DNA from: Phoronis australis
Lineage: Eukaryota; Animalia; Phoronida
Length of the DNA stretch: 64,000 nt
Assembly (NCBI GenBank): GCA_002633005.1
Contig: NMRA01000220.1
Location: 62,001 to 126,000 of the forward strand
Direction: 5' to 3'
Shown: positions 38,136 through 53,900 of the stretch, piece after piece
How the letters are laid out: the number at the start of each line of letters is the position of its first letter
Numbering within the stretch: the first letter of the stretch is position 1
The notes under the pieces: generated by a model
Told to the model about the DNA's origin: nothing
Database searches by the model: none
Seen by the model: the letters and a program-made list of their open reading frames with translations, nothing else
Translations under genes and position numbers: made by a program

Positions 38136-41100
38136 ATACAATTTTATGAGTAGACATAAGCTTCCAGCAGAAATGTGCTTTCAAATGCTTTTCATTAATT
38201 GTGCTGTCTATTTGTTCAGCACAAATGTTTTCATCATGCATGCACCCAGCCTTTAATATGTGGGGGCTCGAATAACTGGCGATGTGGCCCTGTTGCTGAC
38301 AAACAAGCGGTAGGACTAAAAAAATGGGGTACCACCTTCACTGTGCGTCTGCGCCTTTTTAGTGGACTTTTGTCTCGTTATCTCAGCCTTTTTGTTTCTC
38401 TGAGGCGGACCTTTTTGCCCACTTCGCCAAATGGGGGGGGGCTCATTTGAGGCGCCCGAGCTCCCCCTGGGTGCGTGCATGTTCAGTAACACCTATTAGT
38501 TTTGCCTCAGAGTTTTACCATATATTTTGCAAGTGTGGCTACTAGTTAGGCCAAAAAGCATAGCTGGTTTGGGTTTGTTTTTTGAAAAATTGTGCAACAG
38601 TGCAGAATTTTCTTAGTTTTCAACTTTTCACAAAAAATCTGCTTGAGGTGAGCAAAAGTTCGTGCTAAGCACTGGATCATATTGACATGATTCGTCGAAC
38701 CGCATCTCGAGCGACTTTTAAAAAAGGTGAAAACTGGCTGAAGTTGATGCGGGCAGGTACTATTTTCTCTAAGTAGTGAGGTGCAAGTTGTAAAATGAGT
38801 CAGGGTGCAGACCAGAACCAGCTGCGGTTTTTGGCCGTACATTGAATTTCTTCACTCCTTATATCCGTGGTTGTTACTAATTGACCTCAGCATTCAGAGT
38901 GCATGTGTCTACATGTGACGTGCACTGTCCAGATGACAAATTGTCACTGGATCATGTTGGCCAGATCAATCGCGTGTCCTGTGACCTACCTGCATCTGAT
39001 TACAAGGCAGCACTGCACCAGCAAATTGTCCCTGCCAGACAGATGTTTTGTTTCTTTGAATGCAAATTCCATTATCCTGATACGTTAATTGAACAACTGA
39101 ATATCTGTTCATTACTTGTCCACTGGTCGTTTTCCCTTGAGTTAAAGTTTGAAATGACAGATTTTACACTTTTTGGTGGATGAGGTGCTATACTCATAGA
39201 TGGTGTTTTCGAAACTTGAAATGGTGCAGAGTGTTGCGTCTGTATCTGCTGTCACACCTGGGTGTATAACAGTGAACAAACATTCAGGAAACCTTGGATA
39301 CCTGTGTTGGCTGGGTATGGGGAGACCAGTTGGATCTGTGACTGAATGTGTATCTTCCTTCATGTAGAATCAATGGATTTGGGAAAGTTTAACTGTCTGG
39401 GAAACTTTTATGAATGATAGAGTGACCACTGCTGCCACCTGTCTCTAATATTGATCCTACTTTTTGCAAGGCTGCTAAGTGTCTTTTGAAGTGAACACAG
39501 ACTTCAGGTGTTTTGGAAAATCACCGAATGTATTGGACAGGAGTGACTTGGTGTACGTAGAGGCTGAATCATTTCCATAATTCGTGTACAGCTCTCTGAT
39601 TATCACAGTTTTGTCATAATTTCACGTTTCAAAAATGCTTATATTTGACAAATTTGGCACCCATCCTCAATTTGTTCAATCGAAATTGCTTTGACTGTGC
39701 CTGTTTCTTTATCAACGCTTGTTTCATTGAATTTTGCTCCCAAAACGTGTGAATCTTTCACCTTTGAGTAACAGTTGGTGAACGATTTAATGGTGCCTTA
39801 TTCGGGTTGGAAAATGCTTGCAGTCACCTACTATATTTTATTCGACTCTATCACGCACATTTAGCTCAATTGAACACTTGGGAAATGCGCATGGATTTGT
39901 AAAAATTTTTTTAGATGCAAGTACTTGCCCACCAATTTTTGAGTTAAACAATTTCATCTGTCTGGGTGTTAATTCAGACAAGTAAGATATTTGCAGATTT
40001 CAGTATGACATTGTGCTGTCAAAAGTGAGGGTAAAACTTAAACACTAATACATAATTTGTTGGTGACAAAAATTAGCCAGCGTGCAACTACTGTTGACTT
40101 GTTGGTGACTATCCTTTGCATCGCTATGCTAGCTGGAAAGAAATGGCTTCTCTTGACAATTTTCCGTAACATCCTATTTTCTGTGCCCAAGTCATTGAAT
40201 TCCTGACTTCATTTTTAAAGCGTCTCGAGCATATCACTAGATGCTGTATCAGAGGTCTGTCCAGGATTTCAAAAATAGATCATCTAAAATGGTTCTCCCA
40301 ATTTATAGGCATCCGTGATCAATGATGTGTGACAGCGTTTGTAGGACCACCTAGTCAAATTGCTGTTAGTGTGGCATGTTACCAGGGATACACGTGTTAG
40401 CAATAAAGTTTATAGTATCTTTATCATTTCTTAACAAACTTTTTTATTCTGAACTTTCCAATGAGCTCCAAGAGCCAATGTTATGGAGTTAAAGAGATAC
40501 CAAATGCTTTCTATCTTACTTTACGTCCAAATGCGGAGCAGGGCAACTAAATGCTTAAAGGGCGTCCTAACAAGCGTGCAAATATGAGTGGGGCTGTTTG
40601 TTAGGACCCCTGTTAGATTAAGGCTCGACAGGGAGTAATGGCGACAAGTGTTCAATATAGTCTACCATCTCATGTTTGGATTAAAGTAGTGGCTGGCAAC
40701 ACAATGCCTTGACTTTACTGTCCAGAAAGTTGGGCATTGTGTTGTAGGCTTCGTAAACTCAACAGTTCAGAGTACGTCCAGAAATGAAGCATGCAAAGTA
40801 AATTATGGGAGTGCACTATTTCGGACAACCTGAGCAGCATTGCGTTTGTCTTTAGCACCTGTGTGTAGGGTGTCGCCTGCAATTACTTCTAAAGCCTATA
40901 TCGGAGGGTATCATAAGTGCTTTGGTGGCCTGTACTTATGATTTTCTGTTTCATTGACTCTGTATTCGGATATTTTATTTTACTGTAGTTGTCTAGCTCA
41001 CAGTTTGTTTATTGTACTTTAATGTTGTTATTACATATGAAGTCGTTAAAGATCGAATCGTGTCGAAGTGAAATTTAGTTTGCTATTTTTTCTGTTTCTT

Positions 41101-43590
41101 CAATCACTGTGGGAAGTCGTTGGTATTTGCTGTTTTGTCTTATGTTTCATAACTTTTTTACCTAGTGTATAACCATGCTTAAACTGTGTCAGCGGTCCAC
41201 CCAATGGTGCCCCTGGTAAGAGTACAAGATTGTCAAATTATGCTGAAATTATGTTTTACTATTCATGGAAATGCCTCTAGTTTTCGCTGCCTTTACAAAA
41301 TCTGCTTGAGAAAATTGTCGAAATACTTAGCCAACTGTGTCACAATTTATTGAGGGAGGAGTAAAGATTATTCCATTTGGGAAACAATGTGATAGAGAGT
41401 TAGGATTTTATTTCAAGTCGGAACTTTCAACAAAAATACTAAATGGTTAGAAAGGTTCATGTTGTTCACATACTTAATGTTTTATGAGCTGTTTTCAAAA
41501 ATGTTTTGGTAAAACTGTGGGCATTTGTTGCAGTGATAGATCCAATCAAGTGAGCAATCCAAAATGGAAGAATCTTAATTGGTCAGTAAAACTGTTACAT
41601 GAACTTTGCTGTAACCAGATCACAACTTGTTTACAATACAAAATTGTGTTTTGTTAAATTTCTCCTCAAAATTAAATATCAAGAAAAGTTTAGACTATTG
41701 CTAACATGGTTTGTATTGTGAAGAATGTGCTAAACAACATTTAGTTAATTTTCTATTATGGCAAGACAAGCAGCCTTTTAATAGTGAAAATTGACAATTT
41801 TGGCAGTTATTTTTGAGTGAAATAAAAGTGGAAATTCACATATAAATACCACGCATGTTGTAGCAAGGCTTGCCTGGTACAGTTGTCAACATTTTGATTG
41901 ACGTCTTGCTAAGCAATTAGTTAGAAGGATACTAAACAATGTTTTAGCCTGTCATCAGATATTAGCTACTTCTAGATCACTTTTTTTTGCTTAAAAGCAG
42001 TTTCATGTACGCAACTTGCATTCAGTCCAAGGAGTCAACTTCTGAATTTAAACTGCTACCACTATAAAATATGTCTCAACTTGTGATTCTTACTCACATG
42101 AGAATTGATTTTTGAATATGCAAAGAACTGGGAGTTCATTATTCCTCAAGACCTTGCTCGGTGCATGACGTGCCGTGACAAGCCAACTTGATACTGGTCT
42201 CCAGTGATAACGTGTTGTCAGTTCTTTCAAAGCCCTGAAATTGCCTCCAATTTGACATGAGAATAATTTGAGACTAATATCATTACAATAAAGTAGTATA
42301 AATTAAGTTGGTTTTATGATGGATGGCATGTTTATATCCTCCTCAAGTCTTGAAACAAAATAATGCTCTTACCATCGTTAGCCCTCAAAGTTTAGAGCAC
42401 ACCTTTATAGTGAGTACTCCTTTCACTGCTATATGGGTAAGCATGGGCAAAGTTAGAGGAAAATTTATTTAGCTGACTGCTGTAGGGAAAGAGTTGGGAT
42501 CTTTTGCACCACAGCATTCAATTTGTGATGTAGTGAGGATGTGTTCAGATCCAGTAATACTTTTTGTCTCTTGTAGGAACTATTGTACAATAGCAGGTGA
42601 CTGAACTAGCTTTGGATGAAATCATTAATGCAGGGTTTTGTATACTTTTACAATTACCTCACAAAAAATTAACCTGAGGTGTATTCATGACATTCAGTGC
42701 AGTTGCCATCATTAACCATTTCACAGTGTGCTGTTTATATTTTATTTTTAGGTATTAAGCACTTAAGTTTATCTAAAAGCTGTAAAATTGTGTTTACGGA
42801 GTGGTGGAGCCGTTTGGCACGTTGAAGCTGTGTACTGGTGTAACAAGATGCTATGGTTTTATGTACTCTCGTTTTGAAACATATTAAAGAAAACATGTTT
42901 CACGTCATGGTTTTTCTTGCACGGCAGCACGCCATGTATTTTCACACAGTTTTATACCAATTTTTAGTGCGGTGTCCTATTGGGTATTCTAATTTTTAAA
43001 GTAATGTACATAGATACTGTAGGACCTTGGCAAAATGTGCAATATGGCAATTTGAGAACACTGTGTATCAGAAATGGCCGATTGAATTCACAAGGAACTT
43101 TCAGATGCTACGCTTTATTCACTTTTTTCGAAACATTTTTTGGAATGTTTGCTTTTTAAAACGTTCCGCTTTAGCATGAGCGGGACATCAAACAATAGAA
43201 CTATTGTGATTTTCATAACAACTCTTTACGTTCCATATTTGAGAAAATTATAACAGCCTTTTTGAGATCTTACCTTCATTGTATGAAAAAAAATCGTGTT
43301 ATAGATACCGTGGATTTGTACCTTTCCTTTTGCTGAGTTTTACTGAAATCATGTGACCTAATTAATGGCAGATTGGTACGAAGTCAAAAATTAAATTTTT
43401 CAGGCTTTCTACTTTCAAAAAACAAATACTTTTACAGAGTTGCAGCATTTGACCATAGATTATAGACAACTATAGTCTATGATTTGACTTACTATCCAGA
43501 CTTGTCAGTAAGACCTTACTCACATAACTTTAAAATTAAGACTTAAAGACAGGTCTCCTGGTAACTGAAACACAAACAATAAGTTGTTTT

Positions 43591-43702
43591 CGGCAATAGT
43601 TTGATATAACGTGCCCGCATTTTGAGAACTAGTTTGATACCCGTTATTTAGTGGGGAAACCTGGTTTTCAAAATTCGGGCACGTTATATCAGACCATTAC
43701 CG
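43591..43702. mobile_element. ~110-bp hairpin MITE
   Basis: CGGCAATAGTTTGATATAACGTGCCCG / CGGGCACGTTATATCAGACCATTACCG. Confidence 0.7.
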
Positions 43703-45451
43703 CTGTTTTCTCCATGGCTTGAGTAATCCAAATGTTCGGTATTTCAAAATGTAAACATACTCTCGGTGGTAGTTTGAACTTTATGTGTTATCAATCACAG
43801 TGCTGACAGGCCATCTAAATTACGTGTTACAACTGTCAATAATATCACAACACACATACAATGGACATAATGATAACACAAAGGATTTACTGTAAAAGTA
43901 CGTTTAACTGCTTTCTGCCAAAAGCAAGCTTTGATTTAGTCTACTTATCCTTACAAAATTGGTCTCATATTTTCCTTATTGGTCTAGAGCTGGATTTGGG
44001 AAGAGCCGACTTAATTTTTCAGACCAAGCTAATGAAATTTCAGCTCACTTTATGACCAGAAATTATACGAGCTTGGGTCTGAACAAGCAATTCATTTCTT
44101 CAGACCACCAATTTGACTAAAGGACCAATTTGCGACCAATTAACAGTGGTCTAAATCAAAAGTTGGTCAGGTGACGGAAGGTGCGTTTATGGTCACTTCA
44201 ACACTTAAATATAAGAACAAAACCGTGCACAGCATGCAGTAGCTCAAGGTCAAAACATTCCCAAAACACGATGCTTTAAGGGACAACAGAACATCAAAGG
44301 TCCTATAGTTGTGATAATGGAGCCCAAAAAATTTTCAAACATTCACAGAAATAATGAGGTCAAGTACACCAGAATTACACCACATACAACCACAAACCTG
44401 CTACTGACTTGTTCCAAACGCAAGTTCATACAAGAGGTTTCTGGGTATTGTAAGGACGAGTACCACATTGTGTGGGATAGGGGGATCAAATGTATCGAAT
44501 GCAAAATGACCATCATCCGGAAGGGAAATGGGTTGGTTCCTAACCATGTGACAGACTTGTTGCTACACAATTCCAAGTATTTAGTGGCTCTTCAGAAGCC
44601 CAGGAGCTCGTGTTCTATGTTTCATTGTCGGCGAAGAATTCAAAATGACATGAGAACAGCTGAGAAGTGACTATTAAACACAATAGCTCCACAAAGGATT
44701 AGATGACCATAGGCAGTTCCCAGCAAACTGACTTCACAGGCACGATTGCACATTCCCTAATCCCAAGATGCATCATTTTGTAACAACCAATTCCCTTTAG
44801 GTGTACAATATACTATCAAGGTATCACACTATTATGATTGAAAACCATGGTTGCAGTGGTTGACTTGTAAACATTAAAGAATAATTAAAGTGTCATTAAA
44901 CCTGTGCTTTCTGCCAAAAGTTTTGATTTAGGCCAATTTCCGTTCCTTACACAGCTAAAAATTATTTCTGGGCTCGGGAACAACCAACTAAAGTTTGTTA
45001 TTTCTTCAGACCAAGCCCATAAGATTTCTGGTCACAGCGTGCTCTGAAATTTTTTTGACTTGGTCTGAAAACGTAACAAATTGTCAATTCTTTTGAACCT
45101 CTGAAATCACCTCCAATTTTACAAAGGAATAATTTGAGACCACTTCAAAACAGTATAAAGTTGCTAAAGCCTTCCTCAAATGGATTTTTGTTATTCTAGA
45201 TGTATTGGATTATCCAGATAGACGTAGCAATGCTTTAGCAAAACAAGAAAGTATGGTTTAAACACTCAAATGATGTTACGAAGCATATTGCGTGACTTCG
45301 AGAAAACAGCAACCAAAGAATGGCGGTAGCTTTTAACATTGGCTTGGTTCCCGCAGTAGAAGTAAGAATCTGCCGAGATTACCAAATTGTATTGAATAGA
45401 ACACCAATGCGTGCAAGTATTGAACAAATGGGTATTCTCATGGTGACGCAG

Positions 45452-46747
45452 ACAAGAGCAACGTGGAGCGTTGAAGTGCACCCATGAATGCACTGCAAAC
45501 GGTGTGCTTCTAGGGTGTTTATTTGTGTCATAAAAATGGCCACTAGATAGAGCAAAATATTTCGAATCCATCAAAAAAACTGTAAACTGTCACCGTTTTT
45601 TAACAGAAAGCTATTTACTACATTTCATAAAAATCCGTCTACAATCTTTAGCAAAACGGAAAAAATAAAATTCCCACTAGGGGACAAATGATCATCGGAT
45701 CCGTCTGTAAGTTTTCGTCTTCCGTTGTCAACATCATATGAATACACTTGCTAAATTTAATAAACATTCTGCGGAGGGCTTAGGAGATACAGCTAAGGGC
45801 GCAAAAATGCCACTAGGAGGTGCCACAGTAATTGAAACCCGAAAATCATTGCCAAACCTCCTCTTCACACTAACAACGTATAAGCCAATTTTCACAATCA
45901 TCCTAAGAGTGGTTTGGTTTACAGAGGGCGGACGGCAAAAACAGACTAGAAAACAGTAAAAATGGCCACTAGATGGCGCAAAATATGTTGAATCCATCTG
46001 AAAACAGGAAAATGTCACGGTTTCTTTAAAAGAAAGCTATTTAACAAATTTCAGGAAAATTTGTTGAGGAACTTCAGAGAAACAGCAAAACATAAAAAAT
46101 GAAATTGCCACTAGGGGGCAGTGTTAGTCAGACCCATCTGAAGTCATCTTCTTTTGTTGTTAACTTCATATAAACACATTTGCTACATTTAATAAAGATC
46201 CTGTAGAGCGTTTAGGAGATACAGCCATGGCTGCAAAAAACAAACAAAACTGCCACTAGGAGGCGCCACAGTAGTCAAAGTCGTCGGAAATTTATCGACA
46301 ACCGTCGTCTTCATAGTAAGAACATACATGCTAATTTTCGCTATCATCTTTAGAATGGTTTGGTTGACAGAGAAGCGGATGCCAAAAAACGGACTCGAAA
46401 ATAGTAAAAATGGCCTCTAGATGGCACAAAATGCCTCGAATCCATCCGAAAACGAGAGGATAGCGTCACCTCATTAATAGATGCCTATGTGCCAAATTTC
46501 ATGAAAATCGGTGAAGAACCATTGAAGATAAAGAGGCAAACGTAAAAAAAATAAAATTGCCACTAGAGGGCACAGTGGTAATCAGGTCCGTCCGATACTC
46601 ATCGCCCTCTGTCCTCAACCCCATAGGAACACACCTGCCATATTGCAATAAGATCCTGCAAGGGGTTCAGGAGATACCGCCGCGGATGCCAAGACAGAGA
46701 TGACGGCAATATGCACCCACACATAAATATGTGGGCGCATAATAAAA
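45452..46747 (-). mobile_element. HINE-like element, full length (copy B)
   Basis: ACAAGAGCAACGTGGAGCGTTG at 45452 (3' end); ATGCACCCACACATAAATATGTGGGCGCAT plus A-run at 46711-46747 (5' end). Confidence 0.85.
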
Positions 46748-47292
46748 GTCAGGTAATAAGCCCAACCATTCATTGCATAATTTTGACTTTTTGGTGTGGT
46801 GATGCTTTTACCAAAATTATAGGATTTAAATTTACAAGACATCCTGTAACCATTCATGGTAGGCTTTAAAATAATTAGAAAAAAAAACAAAGCATGGGAG
46901 AGTCAGTATTTAACAGAAAAAGTAGAAACTGTCTTCCAACGCCGGGTGTAAAGACAGAGCAGAACAACAAGAAACTCAAGTATGGTGAAGCATCAGAGAT
47001 AAAAACGAAATTATGAAATTTTTGGAACAGGTGCCTAGTCGGAAGTTGGCGTTACCCTAGACAATCACAGAAATCATACTCTTGCTCTTTGAAAAGAACA
47101 AGTTTCGTTATGGAATTATTCACACATTGGAAAATTTACATTTTTAGGAGCCTAAAGTGGCTGCAGTAAAAGCTAGAAAATCACACCGCATGAGCACCGA
47201 ATAAAATCGGTTCTCAGAAAATGACAGATGAAGCCAATTTGTGAAAAACACAACTTTATACAACTTTGGCCATATCTAACTGGTTTTCACTC

Positions 47293-47326
47293 ACAACAAC
47301 AACAACAACAACAAAAACAACAACAA
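47293..47326. repeat. (CAA)n microsatellite
   Basis: ACAACAACAACAACAACAACAAAAACAACAACAA. Confidence 0.9.
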
Positions 47327-47949
47327 TCTATTGCTATTCAATAATACATCACCACTAACAAGGAAGTTGGTTACACAAGCAGAAGAGTCTTTCATTAAAC
47401 AAAAATTCATAATCTTTCTTGTCCTTTAAGCTCCCAGTTATTTGCGGTCAGCTGACGAGATTACTCATGAGATTATGAAGCTCCAGTTCACGAGAATATC
47501 TTTAAGTCAAAACTGGTCAACATCAAAGTGAAATACATTAAGTCTAAAGTGGTTCATTAAGCCAAACAATATCACCCACGAGCTCTTTTCCGATCACAGT
47601 ACAACCTTACAAAACTAGATAGGTATCAACTTGCATTATTTCTTTACTCGACTTTTGTGACACTTGCCATTACGTGGAACAGGATGATGCTCCAAGGTAA
47701 TAGTCGCATTATTTAGCAGCGCTCAACATACCTTTAAAACTCATTTCATTTTCCATATTACTAACTCCATTTGTTGTTCAAAAACTATCGTAGAGGCAAA
47801 AAACGTTTTGTTTAATGCAATTTGTTTTCAGCTACATCATGATTTTTGAACACAACCAGTAACAAATGGTACTATCTCATCACGCAGCATGTTTCTGAAT
47901 CAGTTACCAGATTGACTCTTGATGTAATGTGGCTTTAAAGAATGTGCTG

Positions 47950-50900
47950 TCACATCCAATCTTCTGAATTCTGAACAGGTCTAAATGTCATGGTGATGGG
48001 TATATGATCCGTGAGATTGGCAAGGCACGTCACAAACCTGTAGTCTTCAATGTTCTGCAAAGAAACACGGAGGTGCTGTGGAATGTCATAGTGCCACAAA
48101 TTTGCCTTCTGTAAAAAAATAACTGATTATAGGCCTTTTATCAAAATTTGCAAAACTCATGTCACAGTGTTTCCCACACAAGTAAAGGAGTGATATATGA
48201 TATTGGGAATAACTGACAGTCTACTGTTGCTGGAGACCAGCTAGGCTTAAATAGCTGGGTTTGGTGAATCATTTTGGTCAAACTAGTGCTCCATCTAGCG
48301 GCGAGTCTCGGAACCATCATATTTGGCCAACCACATTGTCTGCTTCTGATGCACGGAGTGGCTTGGTGTGTCAAGACAACTTATCGTCCCATGATGTAAA
48401 CACCTATTACTATTTTGCAAGCCTAAAGTTGAGAGCACAAAATTAGTCATACCATTCATCGATATGAATTTTTTTAAATTCATAACAGAAATTCATAACG
48501 GTGGTATAACTAATTTTGTTGACAGATTGAAAGAACATTCATGGCAGCTTTAAATTGGGTATAAATAAAATTTTGCTAAAATTACATTTCCGCAAAAGGT
48601 TAAAATTCAACCAATATTCTGTGATGACAACGCCATAGAGCAAACAACACAAACAAAATTATTTGGCAATACACAATAGGGGGACAGTACACCATAATAA
48701 ATTGGAGAAGACATAATAAGTAGTCTACTGAAAACAGGTTCCTTCCTAAAGTAAGTAGTTCTCATTTCTCATGAGTACAATGGAAACTAGAAATTCACAA
48801 GGTGTTGCTAGTGAAGCAAGGAACTTCCCAATAGAAATGACAGCATTCAGAAAAGTCATGTGGGTCATTTATGATAATGCACACCTCCATGGTCATGAAT
48901 TGCTTTCTGCTTTCAATCTATTAAGACNNNNNNNNNNNNNNNNNNNNNNNNNNNNNNNNNNNNNNNNNNNNNNNNNNNNNNNNNNNNNNNNNNNNNNNNN
49001 NNNNNNNNNNNNNNNNNNNNNNNNNNNNNNNNNNNNNNNNNNNNNNNNNNNNNNNNNNNNNNNNNNNNNNNNNNNNNNNNNNNNNNNNNNNNNNNNNNNN
49101 NNNNNNNNNNNNNNNNNNNNNNNNNNNNNNNNNNNNNNNNNNNNNNNNNNNNNNNNNNNNNNNNNNNNNNNNNNNNNNNNNNNNNNNNNNNNNNNNNNNN
49201 NNNNNNNNNNNNNNNNNNNNNNNNNNNNNNNNNNNNNNNNNNNNNNNNNNNNNNNNNNNNNNNNNNNNNNNNNNNNNNNNNNNNNNNNNNNNNNNNNNNN
49301 NNNNNNNGGTCCATAAGAGGACCCAAAAATCCATTTAATTAAAATCCTGAGTGCAACATCCGTTTCAAGTTTATTTCATTCAAATCACCACTCAAATTAA
49401 AATGATGCAACTTAAGCCGCATATTAAATGCCTAGGGTTATTAACTAAAGGATTTATTTAAAATTTTAGGTGTAACAAAAATTCTTTTTCCAGATCAATG
49501 ACAAATCAACTGTAAGTCCCGGTAGACCCTACCTCACCAGGACTTAGGCTATGCTTGAGGTTAATTGATCAACAAATTAATCCAGATGTGACTACTTGCA
49601 CATGACAGCAAAATGCGATGAGCCACTACTGTCGAATATAGTTTCAACTCGTCAGCAATATGAGCAGATGACCTGGTTCATTTAGAAAGCATTATCAACA
49701 ATTTACAAGAAGAAATGTAGGCCTGCATTCAGCATAATACCTAATCCGTAACACTACGATCGCCACAATTTGGTCATATTTACTTTTCATGTTTCGAACC
49801 TAGTTTTCCAAAAAAACCTACAGCCTTTCATCAGACAACTCTTTGGTGCATTCACATGTTCTCTAATGTATTTTTCTACATCTCTGTGGTTAATTATCGA
49901 CACATTTTTAAAATTTAATATCCAGGTTGGACTCGAAAGACCGGCCATTTAACTCACACAATGTCAACTTCCGCTTTGTTCATCGCAGTGAGCCTCACTT
50001 TGGATTTTAATGTCCGCCACGTGAATTAGGTCTATACAGACAGTTTTTAAACACGGTGCACCAAGTATGTGCCAACTTGTTGGAGAGGGAAGTGAAGAAA
50101 GGTCTAACAAAAGAAATAGCTACTATGTGCCAGCCTTGTAACATCAGAATTGCAAAGCATGAGAAAAGATATACAGCCACTGAGAAAAGCTTTGTGTTCA
50201 TGAGAAAGGCAGCATGGTAAATGCTGTGAGAAAGTTTAACACTGAAAAAGACCCCAAGTATATTCTGAAAACGAGACATTACCGCCTTCATCAGGGTAAC
50301 AGAACTTTGAGTTATTTTTTGGGACTTCCTCCTGAGTAGTGTTCGAAAAGTCCACAAAGCTTAGTTTAGCCAGATGGCTATGCACAAATTAAAAGCGATC
50401 CACATAATGGTGGCCACGAACATGCTGGCATCCAGTGCAAAACTTTTTGCGACTTGTACTGCTGTAAGGTGACATTATAGTAAATGACTTAATCCCATTA
50501 CCTCTAATAAGCGTTATTTTATGCACTCTCCTCTCCCATCAGTGTAGCCTGGGCTGGACTGCCCCCTACGAACTCACCCTAGCCAAGCCACTGTGTCCGG
50601 CTGTGTTGTGCTTCTTAGGTTATTTTCAAAATAGAAAGGGCATCAGGGCATGCTATCCAATACGAAAACTTCATTTTGAAACATATCTTGCCAATATGCC
50701 CAAACCAGCGACATCGCATCTTAAAACAGCATCTAGTCAAGACTTTGGAAATGCAGCTTCCCAAGGCCACAGTTGACAAGGGAAGACAAATGTTGGCTCC
50801 GATGTTCTATTCATAAAACAATACTAGACTAACAGATGTTTGTGAAATCTGTGTGGTGACATGCTGGATATCTTTCGCCATAGGACATTCTGAGCACCAG

Positions 50901-53900
50901 AAAACCAGATTATGACGGACAACCATTGTATGAATTCAAAAAATCACTAAAAAATAGTTGGCAATCAAACAAAACTGATATCGACATTCACCGTTTCACT
51001 GAAACAGTGCCAACAAAAGCGTCGGAAAATTTTTGTAGCAGCTTCTTTTTAAACATTAAGATATTTACCAGCGGATAGTTTCTATTGTACAAAGTAAAGT
51101 CTATTCTTCTTTTTCCATCTTGAGTGTCTTCACCAACAGGTTTTGTGCTCTCCACATATTTATGTCGTCTGCTTTCATCATCTAGAACACTGAGCCAGGA
51201 GAATAAAAAGGCTGTAAAATCATGTCTGGTTAAGTTCAAAAACATATCAGGTATCCCATAATGAACATTGTCTCTAATGTGCCTACTCTTCTTTGATTCA
51301 ATGACAATTTTCTATTCAAGTGTTTCACATGGACCTAACTTCATTTTCTAGACGGGCAGACGGCTATCTAATGCAGGTCTTAAAATGACATCACAGGTGA
51401 CAATGTAGTAGTGAGCTTGAGACGCACCTCCAAAACAAATTTGGACTGCAGATCTCAGCAGTCATAATCTCATGCTTTGTTAGTAGAAATAAAAGCTAAT
51501 GCAAGAAGTATTCGAGTGTATTTAACTGATGAGATCACCAGCTTCAATTTCAGTTAATTAAACCGAGTGACTGGAAGCCAATGCAGGGTATAAGCAATTT
51601 CCAATAAAATCAAAAAAATAAAACAGAACCTATTTTCCTTTTTATAGCTGTCAAGAAATATATTCTACTTAACAATAACCCCAAAATGCATTTTGCCCTG
51701 AAACAGTTTTTGTCCTCTTAAACTGTATGTTTCTTGTTCAGTCTTAATACTTCTCATTCAATAATTAGACTTAAATCAAATAAATACGGAATTTTCCGTA
51801 GCTAAGCCCACCCGATGAAACACCCATGGGTGTTTATTTGGAAAACTATGATGTTACAACTTCTGGCGTCAAGTGGCCAGATAGTGGGAAGTTAATTTGG
51901 AAAATGTCCTCTTGAAATCCCACTCAGCATTAACTTTTAGCCATAAATTCAGATTTGTTGAGCATTTTTCAGTTATAAAAACCAACAAGATGTTGGCGAA
52001 CTAAGTATTTATAAACTTAAAATTTAAAAACTCAATTTTATGCAAAAAAATGGTGACATTTTCATATCAGCAGAGGCTATGACACCCCTCTTTAACAAAT
52101 AAATGCCGGGGCGTTTTTTTGGTGTTACTGAAATGTCTGAAAATTTTCATATTCCGAATGCACACCCAAGGACTTATCTATGGAAAACCCTAGTATCAAT
52201 GTAACCTATTCTCATTCTGTATCACTGATAAGTCACATGACTTCATTTAGACACATACTATAAGAAGGTTTTGCTCCTCAAATTTACTCATAGTGCTCCA
52301 AATATAGGTGCACGCGCCTAATTCCAGGTACAAGCACACCTTCACAAATATTGGTGATTTTCCCCTCATCGGAAAAACTTCCCCTGTTAAAAAGGCACAG
52401 ACACCTTTTCCTTCAGGTGAGTGAGGATCCTGTCAAAGCAGGTGATTTTTTGAAAAAAAAAAATCAGCCAGAACGTCACAACACCCCGGGCCTTTTTTCC
52501 ACTAATAGTATATTTCTGTGATAGACAAGGATTTGGTTGCAAAAACTATTATACCACATGTAATGTGGTTTGCAAAGGCCAACTGGTGCTCATCAGCATT
52601 TGGAGAACTTAAAAGCTTGGAAGTGGCACTTATCAGGTTTTGCAACTGTTCTGACTCTTCAAATTGCTCCATGGGCTTACAATTAACTAATTTATTAAAA
52701 ATATTCTTTACAAAACAAGAGCAACGCAGAGCGTTGAAATGCGCCCACGAATACACTCCAAACGATGTGCTTCTAGAGTATTTATTTTAATCATAAAAAT
52801 AGCCACTGGATGGTGCAAAATACTTTGAATCCATCAAAAAACAGGTAAATAACACTGATTTAAAACAGAAAGCTATTGACCACATTGCATGAAAATCCGT
52901 CAAGGAACTTTAGAGAAACAAAGCAAAACGGAAAAAATGAAATTGCCACTGTCGTTGTTGTCTTCCGTTGTCAAGTTTTTATGAATACACATACTAATTT
53001 AATAACAATCCTGAAGAAGGCTTATCAAAACTGCCACTAGGAGGTGCCAAAGCAATTGAAGTCGGAAAATCATAGTCAATCGTCCTCTTCACACTAAGAA
53101 CATGAAGCCAATTTTCACAATAATCTTAAAAGTGGTTTGGTCGACAGAGGGTGGACACTAAAAACAGACAAGAAAACAGTAACAAGAGCAACGTGGAGCA
53201 TTGAAATGTGCCCACGAATGCATCGCAAATGGTGTGCTTTTAAGATTGTTTATTTGTATCATCAAAATGGCCACTAGATGACGCAACATACATCAAATCC
53301 GTCTGAAAACCAGAAAATGTCATCGCTTCTTTAAAAGAAAGCCATTTACCAAATTTCATTAAAATTTGTCGAGGAACTTCAGAGAAACAGCGGAAAACGA
53401 AAAAAATGAAATTGCCACTAGGGGGTACAATGTTTGTCGGATCCATCTAAAAGTCGTCGTCTTCTCTTGTTAACTTCATATAAATACACGTGCTAAATAA
53501 TAAACATCCTGCAGAGGGCTTAGGAGATACAGGTATGGGTGCAAAAAAACAAAAACTGCCACTAGGAGGCACCACAGTACTCAAAGTCATCGGAAAATCA
53601 TCGTCAACCGTCCCCTTCATAGAAAGAACATACATGCCAATTTTCACAATCATCTTTAGAGTGGTTTGGTTGACAGAGGGACGGACGCCAAAAAACAGAC
53701 TTGAAAACAACAAAAAATGGCCACTAGTTGTCACAAAATACCTTGAATCAATCTGAAGATGAATGGCTAGCGTCACTTCACTAATAGATGTCTATGTGCC
53801 AAATTTTATGGAAATTTGAGGACCTTTGAAGTTACAGAGGTACACAAATTGCCACTAGGGGGCACAGCGGTAGACTAATCTGTCCAAAAGTTGCCGTTGT

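Noticed and set aside
47935-47952. Stop-codon readthrough or selenocysteine at the SMPD3 TGA (TGA CAG)
   Set aside because: It would add only QHIL before TAA; no targeting signal or recognisable SECIS.
48771-49334. ORFs of 137-181 aa spanning the N-run
   Set aside because: Artefacts of translating the assembly gap.
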